Source of the DNA: Candidatus Cybelea sp.
Lineage (GTDB): Bacteria; Vulcanimicrobiota; Vulcanimicrobiia; Vulcanimicrobiales; Vulcanimicrobiaceae
Reading direction: 5' to 3'
Assembly (NCBI GenBank): GCA_049285915.1
Contig: JBAQAW010000058.1
Location: forward strand, 1,739-65,738
Length of the DNA: 64,000 nucleotides
Positions 9,318 through 18,273 of this stretch are shown here, piece after piece. Positions within the stretch are counted from its first letter, which is position 1; each line of letters begins with the position of its first letter. The notes beneath the pieces are model-generated. The model had not been told where the DNA came from, searched no databases, and saw only the letters and a list, made by a program, of their open reading frames with translations. A program made the translations under genes and the position numbers.

Positions 9318-10073
9318 GTGGATAGTTTATCTCTCAGCGGACGGGTCGGCATCGTGACCGGCGGAGCGCGCGGCATCGGCGGCGCGATCAGCACACTGCT
9401 CGCGACCGACGGTGCAACCGTCGCCGTGCTTGGGTTGCCGGAGGATCGTGACCGGGCTCACTCTCTTGCCGCCCGGCTCAACGGCGCGGCTTCGCGCATT
9501 CATTTTTATCAGGGCGACGTCAGCGCCTACGATCAATGTCACGAGGCAGTCGAGTCGGTGCTGCGCGAGCACGGCCGTATCGATTTCCTAGTCAACAACG
9601 CGGGCATAACCCGCGACCACACGGTCCGGAAGATGACCGTCGAAGAGTGGGAAGCGGTCCTGCAGGTCAATCTCTCGGGGCCTTTTTTTATGATCAAAGC
9701 CGTCTTGGACACGATGCTCGAGCAGGGCTTCGGGCGGATCGTCAACGTCAGCTCTGTGGTAGGCGAGGCCGGCAACTTCGGGCAGGCGAACTACGCGGCG
9801 GCTAAAGCCGGGCTCATCGGCCTGACCAAGACCGTCGCGCTGGAAGTCGCCAAGCGCGGCATCACGGTCAACGCCGTCGCGCCGGGCTTCATCGAGACGG
9901 ATATGACCAAGGCGATGCCGGCCGAAGCGATCGAAAACGCGATCGCGCAGACGCCCGTTCGCCAGCTAGGCCAGCCGGAAGAGGTCGCGCGGCTGGTACG
10001 CTTCCTTTTAGACGAGAAGGCGGGCTATATCACCGGAGCGGTCTACAACATCAACGGCGGCTGGTACATGTGA
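9318..10073 (+). CDS. phaB: Acetoacetyl-CoA reductase-like SDR, immediately upstream of phaC
   Basis: TGGARGIG, NNAGITRDHTVRKM, YAAAKAG, PGFIETDM, NGGWYM. Paralog of 6155..6895. The symbol rests on context with phaC. Confidence 0.75.
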   Translation: MDSLSLSGRVGIVTGGARGIGGAISTLLATDGATVAVLGLPEDRDRAHSLAARLNGAASRIHFYQGDVSAYDQCHEAVESVLREHGRIDFLVNNAGITRDHTVRKMTVEEWEAVLQVNLSGPFFMIKAVLDTMLEQGFGRIVNVSSVVGEAGNFGQANYAAAKAGLIGLTKTVALEVAKRGITVNAVAPGFIETDMTKAMPAEAIENAIAQTPVRQLGQPEEVARLVRFLLDEKAGYITGAVYNINGGWYM

Positions 10074-10074
10074 T

Positions 10075-10120
10075 CCTTCGACAAGCTCAGGATGACAAAC
10101 GACAAGCTCAGGATGACAAA
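10075..10120 (+). repeat. Dispersed repeat with a perfect 21-bp tandem duplication (CGACAAGCTCAGGATGACAAA x2 at 10079..10099 and 10100..10120)
   Basis: Read directly from the sequence. It overlaps the candidate phaC starts at 10092 and 10113. Confidence 0.8.
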
Positions 10121-11846
10121 GATGCAAGATGAAAAGATAGCGCCCGAAGAGCTGAAATACGGCATCGACATCACCGGGCTCGACCCGGCATCGCTCAGCG
10201 ACGCGGTACGCGCCGTCGTCGCCGACGTGATGATGGATCCCGTCCGGATGAGCACGTGGCTGACCGGCTTCGTGCTCGCCGAGCAAAACGTCGGACTCAA
10301 CATGCTGCGCCGGCTCGGCGGCGAGAGCCCGGACGGTTCGCCGTTCCCGGGCGACAAGCGCTTTGCCGAAGCCGAGTGGCGGGAGAACCCGATGCTTGCC
10401 GGCGTCCTGGAGGATTATAAAGCACGCACCGACGCCGCGATGTCGTTGATCGATTCGGCGCGTCTGCCGGAAGCGACGCGGCGCAAGGCGCGTTTTGCGA
10501 TGCAACTGATGAACGACGCCTACGCGCCGAGCAACATTCCTTGGCTCAATCCCGGCGTCGTCAAAGAGGCGACCGAGACGCAGGGCCAGAGCCTGGTTCG
10601 CGGGATGGAAAACTTCCTCGACGATCTCGCCAACAACAACGGCTACCCGCGGCAGGTCGACCGTTCGGGCTTCGAGCTCGGGCGCAATCTTGCGGCGACG
10701 CCGGGACGCGTGGTCATGCGCAACGAGCTGATCGAGCTGATCGCGTACGATCCGCAGACACCGCGGGTCCACGAGCTGCCGCTGCTTTGCAGTCCGCCGT
10801 GGATCAACAAGTATTACATCATGGATCTGGCGCCGGGGCGTTCGTTCGTGGAGTGGGCCGTCAAGCACGGCCATCAGACCTTCATGATCTCCTACCGCAA
10901 CCCCGACGTGAAGCTTTCGCACCTCACGATGGACGACTATCTGCGCGACGGCGTCCTCGCGGCGCTCGACGCAGTGCAAGAGATTACCGGCGCGCCGAAG
11001 GTCAACGTTGCGGCACTCTGCCTCGGTGGTACGCTCGCGATGATCATGCTCGCGTATCTCGCGGCGCACGACCAGGGCGATCGGGTGGCGTCGACGACGC
11101 TGACGAACACGCTCGTCGACTTCGGCAGCCCGGGCGACCTCGGCATCTTTACCGATGAAGACACGATCTCGCGGCTCGAGAAGAAGATGCACGAGCGCGG
11201 CTACCTCGAGTCGGCCGAGATGGCGCGTACTTTTGACTGGATGCGCTCCAGCGACCTGATCTGGAGCTACGTCATCAATAACTGGTTCAAAGGGAAGAAG
11301 CCGCCGGCGTTCGACATTCTCTCCTGGAATAACGACTCCACGCGCATGCCGGTCGCGATGCACTCGCAGTACCTGCGCGCGTGCTACCTGCACAACTCGA
11401 TCGTGAAGCCGAACGCCTTCGTCATCGGCGACACGCCCATCGACTTGGGGAAGGTTACGACGCCGCTATACGTCCTCGGCGCGGAGAACGATCACATCGC
11501 GCCGTGGCGGGCGACGTATCAGACGACGCAGTGCGTCTCCGGGCCATCGAAGTACGTGCTGACCAACTCCGGGCATATTGCCGGAATCGTCAATCCGCCG
11601 GGCGGCAAAAAGACGTGGCACTACACCAAGCCGCAGGCATTACGCGGCGAGAGCGCCGACGCGTGGCTCGAGACCGCCGATCGGCACAACGGCTCGTGGT
11701 GGGAGGATTGGGCACCATGGGCCGAGGCGCACGGCGGAACGATGCGCGAGCCCTATTCGTTACCTGACGGTGAACGGGCTCCCGGTCTGTACGTTCTCAA
11801 CGAAGAGGGGCCACCGTTTACTCCAAAGGTAAAGGCACATTCATGA
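10092..11846 (+). CDS. phaC: Class I poly(3-hydroxyalkanoate) synthase PhaC
   Basis: PWINKYYIMDL, FVEW, GHQTFMISYRNP, lipase-box LCLGGT, conserved SWNNDSTRMP and HIAPW. The start is ambiguous (in-frame ATGs at 10092, 10113, 10122) because the first two lie inside the repeat. Confidence 0.9.
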   Translation: MTNDKLRMTKMQDEKIAPEELKYGIDITGLDPASLSDAVRAVVADVMMDPVRMSTWLTGFVLAEQNVGLNMLRRLGGESPDGSPFPGDKRFAEAEWRENPMLAGVLEDYKARTDAAMSLIDSARLPEATRRKARFAMQLMNDAYAPSNIPWLNPGVVKEATETQGQSLVRGMENFLDDLANNNGYPRQVDRSGFELGRNLAATPGRVVMRNELIELIAYDPQTPRVHELPLLCSPPWINKYYIMDLAPGRSFVEWAVKHGHQTFMISYRNPDVKLSHLTMDDYLRDGVLAALDAVQEITGAPKVNVAALCLGGTLAMIMLAYLAAHDQGDRVASTTLTNTLVDFGSPGDLGIFTDEDTISRLEKKMHERGYLESAEMARTFDWMRSSDLIWSYVINNWFKGKKPPAFDILSWNNDSTRMPVAMHSQYLRACYLHNSIVKPNAFVIGDTPIDLGKVTTPLYVLGAENDHIAPWRATYQTTQCVSGPSKYVLTNSGHIAGIVNPPGGKKTWHYTKPQALRGESADAWLETADRHNGSWWEDWAPWAEAHGGTMREPYSLPDGERAPGLYVLNEEGPPFTPKVKAHS

Positions 11847-12214
11847 CCGACGACGACAAAACCGCCGCCAGCGGCGCCTGGCGCAGCCTCGGGGACTTCA
11901 TCCGCGGCCAGCGGGAGCTGGCCAACCTCTCGATGCGCCAACTCGCGGAGATCGCCAAGATCTCCAACCCCTACTTGAGCCAGGTCGAGCGAGGCCTCTA
12001 TAAGCCCTCGGCCGAGGTGCTCAAGAGCATCGCCAACGCGCTGCAGATCTCGGCGGAGACGATGTATTCGCAGGCCGGCCTGCTCGACAGCTCGACGACC
12101 CGGGAGAATAGCCACCACGGGGTCGAGCATGCGATAAAGATCGACCCCAGGCTGAGCGTCGATCAGAAGGAAGCCCTGATGCGGATCTATCGCAGTTTTG
12201 TCGGCGGGGGCTAG
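11843..12214 (+). CDS. XRE-family helix-turn-helix transcriptional regulator
   Basis: LSMRQLAEIAKISNPYLSQVERGLYKPSAEVLKSIANAL. ATGA start/stop overlap with phaC. Confidence 0.8.
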   Translation: MTDDDKTAASGAWRSLGDFIRGQRELANLSMRQLAEIAKISNPYLSQVERGLYKPSAEVLKSIANALQISAETMYSQAGLLDSSTTRENSHHGVEHAIKIDPRLSVDQKEALMRIYRSFVGGG

Positions 12215-12285
12215 TTGACAAACACAGCATCTGCTTGGTATACTTAGCACACCTCGACAAAAGCTAAGGAGATACAAGCAACCAC

Positions 12286-12660
12286 ATGGCCGTCAACGTC
12301 AAAGAGTACATGACCAAGTTTCAGGAAGAGGGTCTCGACGCGATCAAGCAGTCGCAAGAGGCCAGCCTCAAGGCGATCCGCTCCTTCGGTGAGTTCACCA
12401 AAGAGTTCAGCGAGAAGCCGGGCACGATTCCGACCTTCGAGAACCTGCCGAGCCCGACCCAGTGGGTGGAGATGTCGTTCGGCTTCGCCAGCCAGCTGCT
12501 CGAGATTCGCAAGAACTACACGATGAAGATCGCCGAGATGATCGCCGAGACGCAGAAGAATGCTCAGGCGAACGTCAACGCCGCGACCTCGGCTCCGATG
12601 CCGAACTCGGCTCCGATGCCGAACTCGGCCACGCCGATCAACAAGCAGCCCATCAAGTAA
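12286..12660 (+). CDS. Phasin-like small alpha-helical protein (assignment by context)
   Basis: AAGGAG SD. Helical, charged, no signal peptide. Lies downstream of phaC and the regulator. C-terminal perfect 18-bp tandem repeat coding SAPMPN-SAPMPN. Confidence 0.45.
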   Translation: MAVNVKEYMTKFQEEGLDAIKQSQEASLKAIRSFGEFTKEFSEKPGTIPTFENLPSPTQWVEMSFGFASQLLEIRKNYTMKIAEMIAETQKNAQANVNAATSAPMPNSAPMPNSATPINKQPIK

Positions 12661-12690
12661 AAAAGTAAAGTCGTTCTGGGGGTCCCTTCG

Positions 12691-12725
12691 CCGCCCGGCT
12701 TCATGCCGGGCGGTCTTTCTTTTTC
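12691..12725 (+). terminator. Rho-independent terminator
   Basis: CCGCCCGGC-TTCAT-GCCGGGCGG followed by TCTTTCTTTTTC. Confidence 0.65.
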
Positions 12726-12743
12726 ATCGTGGAAGGCAGGCGT

Positions 12744-13604
12744 ATGAACGAAGCTTCAACGATCGCGATCGGTAGCGAACTGCGCGTCAAGCGTTTGGGC
12801 TTTGGCGGCATGCGCTTGTGCGGGCCGGGCGTCTGGGGGCGGCCGAAGGACGGCGAAAACGCGACGCGCGTGTTGCGGCGCGCGCTCGAAATCGGCGTCG
12901 AGTTCATCGACACCGCCGATGCGTACGGCCCGGGAGTCAACGAAGAGCAGATCGCCGAAGCGCTGGCGCCGTATTCGGACGACGTGACGATCGCGACCAA
13001 GGGCGGCTGCACCCGCGACGGCCCGGGCGTGTGGGGACGCGACGGAAGCCGAGCGCATCTGCGCGAGGCCTGCGAGGCGAGCCTGCGCCGGCTGCGCGTC
13101 GATCGTATCGATCTCTATCAGCTGCACGCGGTCGATCCGCGCGTTCCGTTGGAGGAACAGATCGGTACGCTGCGCGAGCTGCGTGACGAAGGAAAGATCC
13201 GTTGCGTCGGGCTTTCGAACGTCGACCTCGATCAGCTTCAGCGGGCGGAGCAGATCGTCGAAATCACCTCGGTGCAGAACAGTTACAACGTCAGCGATCG
13301 AGAGAGCGAAACGATACTCGCATATTGCGAGGCCAACGGCCTCGTTTTTATCCCGTACTTTCCGCTGGATGGCGGCGACTTGGTGGCGCGCGGCGCGCTG
13401 GAAGAGATCGCGAAAGCGCACGGCTCCTCGATCTGGCAGGTGGGCCTCGCGTGGTTGTTGCAGCACTCTCCGGCGACGCTGCCGATTCCGGGCACGTCGT
13501 CGGGGGAGCACCTGGAGGAGAACGTCGCGGCGACATCGCTCACTTTAAGCGATGCCGAGTACGAGCGTTTGTGCGCGTTCGGCGCGGAAGATTCAGAGTT
13601 TTAG
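12744..13604 (+). CDS. Aldo/keto reductase
   Basis: LGFGGMRL, FIDTADAYG, ATKGG, SLRRLRVDRIDLYQLH, GLSN, IPGTSSGEHLEEN. ATG at 12744 chosen because GTG at 12729 lies in the terminator tail. Confidence 0.85.
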   Translation: MNEASTIAIGSELRVKRLGFGGMRLCGPGVWGRPKDGENATRVLRRALEIGVEFIDTADAYGPGVNEEQIAEALAPYSDDVTIATKGGCTRDGPGVWGRDGSRAHLREACEASLRRLRVDRIDLYQLHAVDPRVPLEEQIGTLRELRDEGKIRCVGLSNVDLDQLQRAEQIVEITSVQNSYNVSDRESETILAYCEANGLVFIPYFPLDGGDLVARGALEEIAKAHGSSIWQVGLAWLLQHSPATLPIPGTSSGEHLEENVAATSLTLSDAEYERLCAFGAEDSEF

Positions 13605-13967
13605 GGCGATCATCGAGGTGTCTCGCTGCAGGCCGAAGAGCGCGAGAACTTCGCGGATTTGCCGGGCTGAGAGTTCGGCCTGAAGCTCTGCGTAGCGAAA
13701 CGTCGTCACGCCGCGCTCGTTAAAGCGCAGGCTGGCGAGAAATCGTTCTCTCGCATCGGGCGTGAGGTAGCGCAGCGGCGAGGCGTTCTTTGGGGTGAGG
13801 CGCAGGTAGGTATTCAATTGCGTTTGCGAGCGAATAACATCCGCGGATGGAATTTCCGGCCCTGCGGGCTGCACGGCGCGTTGCGCCGGCCGCAAGGCGT
13901 GCTGCGGGTGTGAGCACGCCGCCAGCGCGAGCGCGCCGGCGGCCAACGATTGAATGAGTTTGGTCAT
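13593..13967 (-). CDS. Small hypothetical lipoprotein
   Basis: ATG at 13967 follows AAGGAG. MTKLIQSLAAGALALAACS lipobox. The upstream part of the listed ORF lies in the repeat element. Confidence 0.5.
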   Translation of the reverse strand: MTKLIQSLAAGALALAACSHPQHALRPAQRAVQPAGPEIPSADVIRSQTQLNTYLRLTPKNASPLRYLTPDARERFLASLRFNERGVTTFRYAELQAELSARQIREVLALFGLQRDTSMIALKL

Positions 13968-14006
13968 CAATTTAGCTCCTTGAGCCGTGCTTCGAGTGCG
14001 CTCATG

Positions 14007-14073
14007 CTTCGACAGGCTCAGCATGACGCACTACTGGTCCTTCGATTGCGTTCGCTCCCCTCAGGATGACAGG
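14007..14073 (+). repeat. Dispersed repeat: short core (14007..14027) plus long form CCTTCGA-N14-CTCAGGATGACAGG (14039..14073)
   Basis: The long form parallels the 36795..36830 copy. Confidence 0.6.
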
Positions 14074-14131
14074 GGGGGAACGCCGCCGAAAACGTTGGGC
14101 AACGAGCAGATCGTAGAAGAGGGGCTTTTCT

Positions 14132-15529
14132 TTGAAGAGATCGGCTGGCCGCTTGGCCTTTTGTGCGCTTACTTTTATCGCCGTGACAGCGTGCGGCGGA
14201 GCGACGAACGGCGGCAATGCGCTGCCGCAGAACGCGAACATTCCGATCGGAGGCTCCGGTACTTCGCCGATTCAGCACATCGTCGTGATCGTGCAAGAGA
14301 ACCGTAGTTTCAACGATCTCTTCGCGCAGTTTCCCGGCGCGACCGGAACGATCACCGGTAAAGAGAAGATCGGGAAGGGCAAGAACGCCAAGGTTAAATC
14401 GATCGCCTTGACACAAGTGCCGCTCGAGGACAAGCAGAACCTCAACCACCTCTACAAGTCCTACAAGATCGCCTATGACGACGGCAAGATGGACGCCTTC
14501 AATCAGATCATCTTCGAGGCGAACGGCCTGATGGAAGGCAGCAAGCCGTATCAGTATGTGAGGCAGTCCGACATCGCGCCGTACTGGGATTTGGCGTCGC
14601 AGTACGCGCTGGCGAACAATATGTTCCAGACGCAAGGCAGCGGCAGCTTTACCGCCCACCAGGACCTGATTCGCGGCGGAACCGTGATCGATACGCAGGG
14701 CGACAGCTTGATCGACGATCCGGATAACTCGAAGGCGTGGGGATGCGATTCCCCGATGGGCACGGTGACGTCGCTGATCAACGGCACGAAGTTCAAACGG
14801 AATCTTGGGCCGTTCCCGTGCACGAAGAGCTTCCAGGCCTCGGGAACGGACTACCTGACGCTGCGCGACCTTCTCGACACCAAAAGCGTATCGTGGAAAT
14901 ACTACGTGCCGCAGCTGGCGTACTATCAGCCGGGTGCCATTTGGAATGCATTCGACGTGATCTCACCGGTGCGGTACGGTTCGGAATGGGGAACGAACGT
15001 TGACTGGCCGGAGAAGAACGTGCTCAAAGATATTCCGAATGGGCACCTGCCGGCCGTCGCGTGGGTGATTCCCGACGAGTCGAACTCCGATCACCCGGGT
15101 TACGCCAACGACACCGGGCCATCGTGGGTCTCGAGCGTCGTCAACGCCGTCGGCGAGAGCGCGTACTGGGACTCGACCGTGGTCGTCGTACTTTGGGACG
15201 ATTGGGGTGGCTTCTACGATCCGGTCGCGCCGCCCAAGCACGACAAACAGGGCGGCCCGGGCTTTCGCGTGCCGGCGATCGTGATCTCGCCGTACGCTAT
15301 TTCTGGTGACATCTCGCAGACGGTCTACGGTTTCGGCAGCGTCGTGCGTTTCATCGAGGATACGTTCAACCTCGGGCGTCTGGGAACGACCGATGCGACC
15401 TCGAACAGCATTTCAGACATGTTAAACTACAATCAGAAACCGCGCGCGTTCAGGCCGATCGGCTCCAAGTATTCGCGCGAGTACTTCCTTCATCAGAAGC
15501 CCTCGGGGCTGCCGGTCGACACGCAATAG
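14132..15529 (+). CDS. PE-A: PLC/AcpA-family phosphoesterase lipoprotein
   Basis: Lipobox AVTAC. IQHIVVIVQENRSFNDLF, GSGSFTAHQDLIRGGT, WGCDSP, WKYY, NSDHPGY, GPSWV, VVLWDDWGGFYDPV, GFRVPAIVISPYA. Confidence 0.85.
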   Translation: MKRSAGRLAFCALTFIAVTACGGATNGGNALPQNANIPIGGSGTSPIQHIVVIVQENRSFNDLFAQFPGATGTITGKEKIGKGKNAKVKSIALTQVPLEDKQNLNHLYKSYKIAYDDGKMDAFNQIIFEANGLMEGSKPYQYVRQSDIAPYWDLASQYALANNMFQTQGSGSFTAHQDLIRGGTVIDTQGDSLIDDPDNSKAWGCDSPMGTVTSLINGTKFKRNLGPFPCTKSFQASGTDYLTLRDLLDTKSVSWKYYVPQLAYYQPGAIWNAFDVISPVRYGSEWGTNVDWPEKNVLKDIPNGHLPAVAWVIPDESNSDHPGYANDTGPSWVSSVVNAVGESAYWDSTVVVVLWDDWGGFYDPVAPPKHDKQGGPGFRVPAIVISPYAISGDISQTVYGFGSVVRFIEDTFNLGRLGTTDATSNSISDMLNYNQKPRAFRPIGSKYSREYFLHQKPSGLPVDTQ

Positions 15530-15653
15530 CGGCGCGTTCGCGCGCGGCAAAAGCTCGTTTGTCGTGGGAGCGAGCGTACGCGCCGACGATGGTTGAGCCC
15601 CGGGACGGCGAATAGCTCATCTCCAAAAGGCCACGCAGGAAAGGAGCATTCCA

Positions 15654-17093
15654 GTGAAGCCAAGTGCAGCAACCCTTTGGGGATGTGCCGTGGTCGCCTT
15701 CAGCCTTGCATCATGCAGCGGCGGTTCGACGACCAATTCGATTCCAGCAAGCTCGATTGCATCGAGTCCGAACCGTTCTCACTCGGTCGCAACTCACGAT
15801 TCAGGATCGTTTACGCCGATCCAGCACATCGTCGTCATCGTGCAAGAGAACCGGACGATGAATAATCTCTTCGCGACGTTCCCCGGCGTGACGGGCACGA
15901 CGACCGGGAAGCGTCTCGTTAACGTCAGCGGGAAGCAAACGCTCAGAAACATCAAACTCAAAGAGACCAATCTTTTCGTAAAATCGAACCTCAATCACGA
16001 ATATTCCGGCTTTATTACGGGTTGGGATAATGGCAAGATGGACAACTTCAACAACATCAAGCGCACGTCGGGAGTGCATCTTGAAGAGGCCGCGCCGTAC
16101 CAATACGTCAACCCGTCGGCGATCGCGCCGTATTGGGATCTCGCGCGCGAGTGGGGGCTCGCCAATGCGATGTTCACCACGCAGGGCAGCGCGAGCTTCA
16201 CCGCGCACCAAGCGCTGATTCGCGGCGGCACGATGATTGATGCGAACGATAGCCTCATCGATAACCTGCGGTATACGAACGACGCATGGGGCTGCGACTC
16301 GCCCTCGGGATCGAAGACCTCGCTGATCACGACGCAACTCGCGGTGAAGAAGGGGAAGGGTCCGTTCCCGTGCACGTCCGATTTCCCGGGCTCGGGTTCG
16401 AACTATCCGACGCTGCGCGATCTCATGGACGGCGCCGGCGTATCGTGGAAGTACTACGCGCCGCAGATCGGCACGGCGGGAGGCATCTGGAGCGCGTTCG
16501 ACGTGATCTCTTCGGTCCGGTTCGGCTCGGAGTGGGGCACGAACGTCTCGTGGCCCGAGACGAACATCCTCAACGACATCGATAACGGCCAGCTTCCGGC
16601 GATGTCGTGGGTGATTCCCAACGCTCAAAACTCCGATCATCCCGGCGAGGGCTCCGATACCGGACCGTCGTGGGTGGCCAGCGTCGTCAACGCGGTCGGC
16701 GAGAGCCAATATTGGTCCTCGACGGCGATCATCATCACCTGGGACGATTGGGGCGGATTCTACGACCCGGTTCCCCCGCCGCCGCGCGACAATCAAGGCG
16801 GTCCCGGGTTCCGCGTACCGATGATCCTGGTCTCGCCGTACGCGCGCGAAACGTCGGCGAGCCAGCCGGGCTATATCTCGCAGACCACCTATGAGTTCGG
16901 CAGCATCGTGCGCTTCGTCGAAGACACGTTCAACCTCGGGCGTCTGGGCACGACCGACGGCACGACGAACAGCATCGACGACATGTTCGACTTCTATCAG
17001 TATCCACGCCAGTTTCAGACCGTCGGCTCAAAGTATTCGCGCGAGTACTTCGTGCATCAGAAGCCGTCGCGAATGCCGGTCGACGATATCTAA
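15654..17093 (+). CDS. PE-A: PLC/AcpA-family phosphoesterase lipoprotein
   Basis: GTG after AAAGGAG. Lipobox SLASC. VVIVQENRTMNNLF, GSASFTAHQALIRGGT, NSDHPGE, ITWDDWGGFYDPV, GFRVPMILVSPYA. Confidence 0.9.
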   Translation: MKPSAATLWGCAVVAFSLASCSGGSTTNSIPASSIASSPNRSHSVATHDSGSFTPIQHIVVIVQENRTMNNLFATFPGVTGTTTGKRLVNVSGKQTLRNIKLKETNLFVKSNLNHEYSGFITGWDNGKMDNFNNIKRTSGVHLEEAAPYQYVNPSAIAPYWDLAREWGLANAMFTTQGSASFTAHQALIRGGTMIDANDSLIDNLRYTNDAWGCDSPSGSKTSLITTQLAVKKGKGPFPCTSDFPGSGSNYPTLRDLMDGAGVSWKYYAPQIGTAGGIWSAFDVISSVRFGSEWGTNVSWPETNILNDIDNGQLPAMSWVIPNAQNSDHPGEGSDTGPSWVASVVNAVGESQYWSSTAIIITWDDWGGFYDPVPPPPRDNQGGPGFRVPMILVSPYARETSASQPGYISQTTYEFGSIVRFVEDTFNLGRLGTTDGTTNSIDDMFDFYQYPRQFQTVGSKYSREYFVHQKPSRMPVDDI

Positions 17094-17111
17094 AGCGGCT
17101 ACGCTTCGGAG

Positions 17112-18155
17112 TTACCTGGCGGCAGCGAGGGAGCTTATCGCTGCCGCCATTGGGTATTGCAGGCCGCTCACCGCCCGTTGCGAGGCGCCGCCGGCGGGAT
17201 AGAGGTAAAGGTTGCCGTCGCCGGTGCAGATGTCCGGTGCGAAGACCTTGCCGTTGAGGATGGCAAACTGCCCGACGTCGCAGCTTCCGTCTAGCGGCGT
17301 CGTTCCCACGATCGTCGCGGAAGATCCTGAGACCGAGATTTGGTCGATCACCGAAGATTGCTGGTCGCCGACGGCGATTGCGGTACCGTCCCATTCGATT
17401 CCGCCCGGGAAGCTGACTCCGCCGAGTGCGATCGTTTGCAGGTTTTGGCCTCCGGCGGGGAGTTCGGCGAAGACGAAGTTGTACTTGGCGTCGAGCCCGT
17501 CGACCCACAGATTTCCGCTCGCGTCGTAAGCGCAGAAGTACACGAAGCTCATCGCGGAATCGCTGATCTTGTTGGCGGTTCCCTTGGCGCCGGCCCAGAT
17601 ATACACGTTCCCGCCGCCGCTCGGGCCGCCGAGATTCGTCATCGCGAGATTACCGGTCGTCGGGTCGACCGCACAGGCCAGCGGGTACTGCGCACCCGCG
17701 TCGCTGAGCGATACCTTGGACTTGGGGACGCCGTGCGCGTATCTGAGGATTCTCGGCGAGACGGACGGGATGACCCAAACGTAACCGTGGGCATCGGCGC
17801 AGACGCCTTGTGCGTCGCCCGTATCCTCGAGGGAGCCCACCGGTCTAAGGCTGGGGTAGGCGTACATCAACACGTTGCCGGCGCCGCCGTCGGTAACGTA
17901 GAGAAGGTTCTTCGTCCTCTTGGCAATGCCTGAGGCCCGGGTCACGCCGTGACCGTTGTGCCGGCGGGGGCCCCGGACCCGTGCGAAAAGAGCGAGGAGG
18001 CGCGATCGGTTCGCGGCTTGCTGCGGCGTGCGTTGCGTTGCGCTCGAGTTCGGGGGCGCGAGCGGCGAGTCTGCAGGCTGTGCTCCGTTGCAGGCAGCGA
18101 GCACGAGGAGCGCGCTCCCGAGGGCGGCGGGCAGAAGTACGTAGCGCGCGGTCAT
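17112..18155 (-). CDS. BP1: beta-propeller lipoprotein
   Basis: Lipobox VLAAC. LLYVTDGGAGNVLMYAYP, VCADAHGYVWV, ACAVDPTTGNLAMTN, FCAYDASGNLWVDG, IEWDGT, LYLYPAGG. Confidence 0.8.
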   Translation of the reverse strand: MTARYVLLPAALGSALLVLAACNGAQPADSPLAPPNSSATQRTPQQAANRSRLLALFARVRGPRRHNGHGVTRASGIAKRTKNLLYVTDGGAGNVLMYAYPSLRPVGSLEDTGDAQGVCADAHGYVWVIPSVSPRILRYAHGVPKSKVSLSDAGAQYPLACAVDPTTGNLAMTNLGGPSGGGNVYIWAGAKGTANKISDSAMSFVYFCAYDASGNLWVDGLDAKYNFVFAELPAGGQNLQTIALGGVSFPGGIEWDGTAIAVGDQQSSVIDQISVSGSSATIVGTTPLDGSCDVGQFAILNGKVFAPDICTGDGNLYLYPAGGASQRAVSGLQYPMAAAISSLAAAR

Positions 18156-18273
18156 CTAATCTCTCTCCACAAGCGGGCGGGTCGGCGGCCTAGGTTCGGC
18201 CCGCGTTCGCCGCGCTCATTCCAAGGGCTTGCCGGGAGCGGGTGCGGGCGCGGCGCCGCCCAACTCTTCACGG

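Noticed and set aside
10008-11393. 461-aa minus-strand ORF
   Set aside because: It is antisense to phaC. Its composition is Arg-rich and it ends in repeat-derived PELV peptides.
14040-14131. Pho-box-like operators upstream of PE genes (also 15530..15653, 28720..28896, 54892..55123, 47420..47483)
   Set aside because: I looked for E. coli-type CTGTCAT direct repeats, or another motif shared by these upstream regions, and found nothing convincing by eye. This needs a proper motif search and cannot be claimed.
15801-16796. Minus-strand or alternative-frame ORFs inside PE genes (15801..16796, 19758..20627, 25678..26652, 47583..48641, 29494..30366, 55061..55759)
   Set aside because: All overlap PE genes that carry the full set of family motifs. 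None has its own motifs or start context.
17949-18273. Upstream extension of the 401-aa ORF 17949..19154
   Set aside because: The extension overlaps the BP1 gene at 17112..18155 on the opposite strand and is Arg/Gly-rich. The hydrolase similarity begins only after about 18274 and in another frame.
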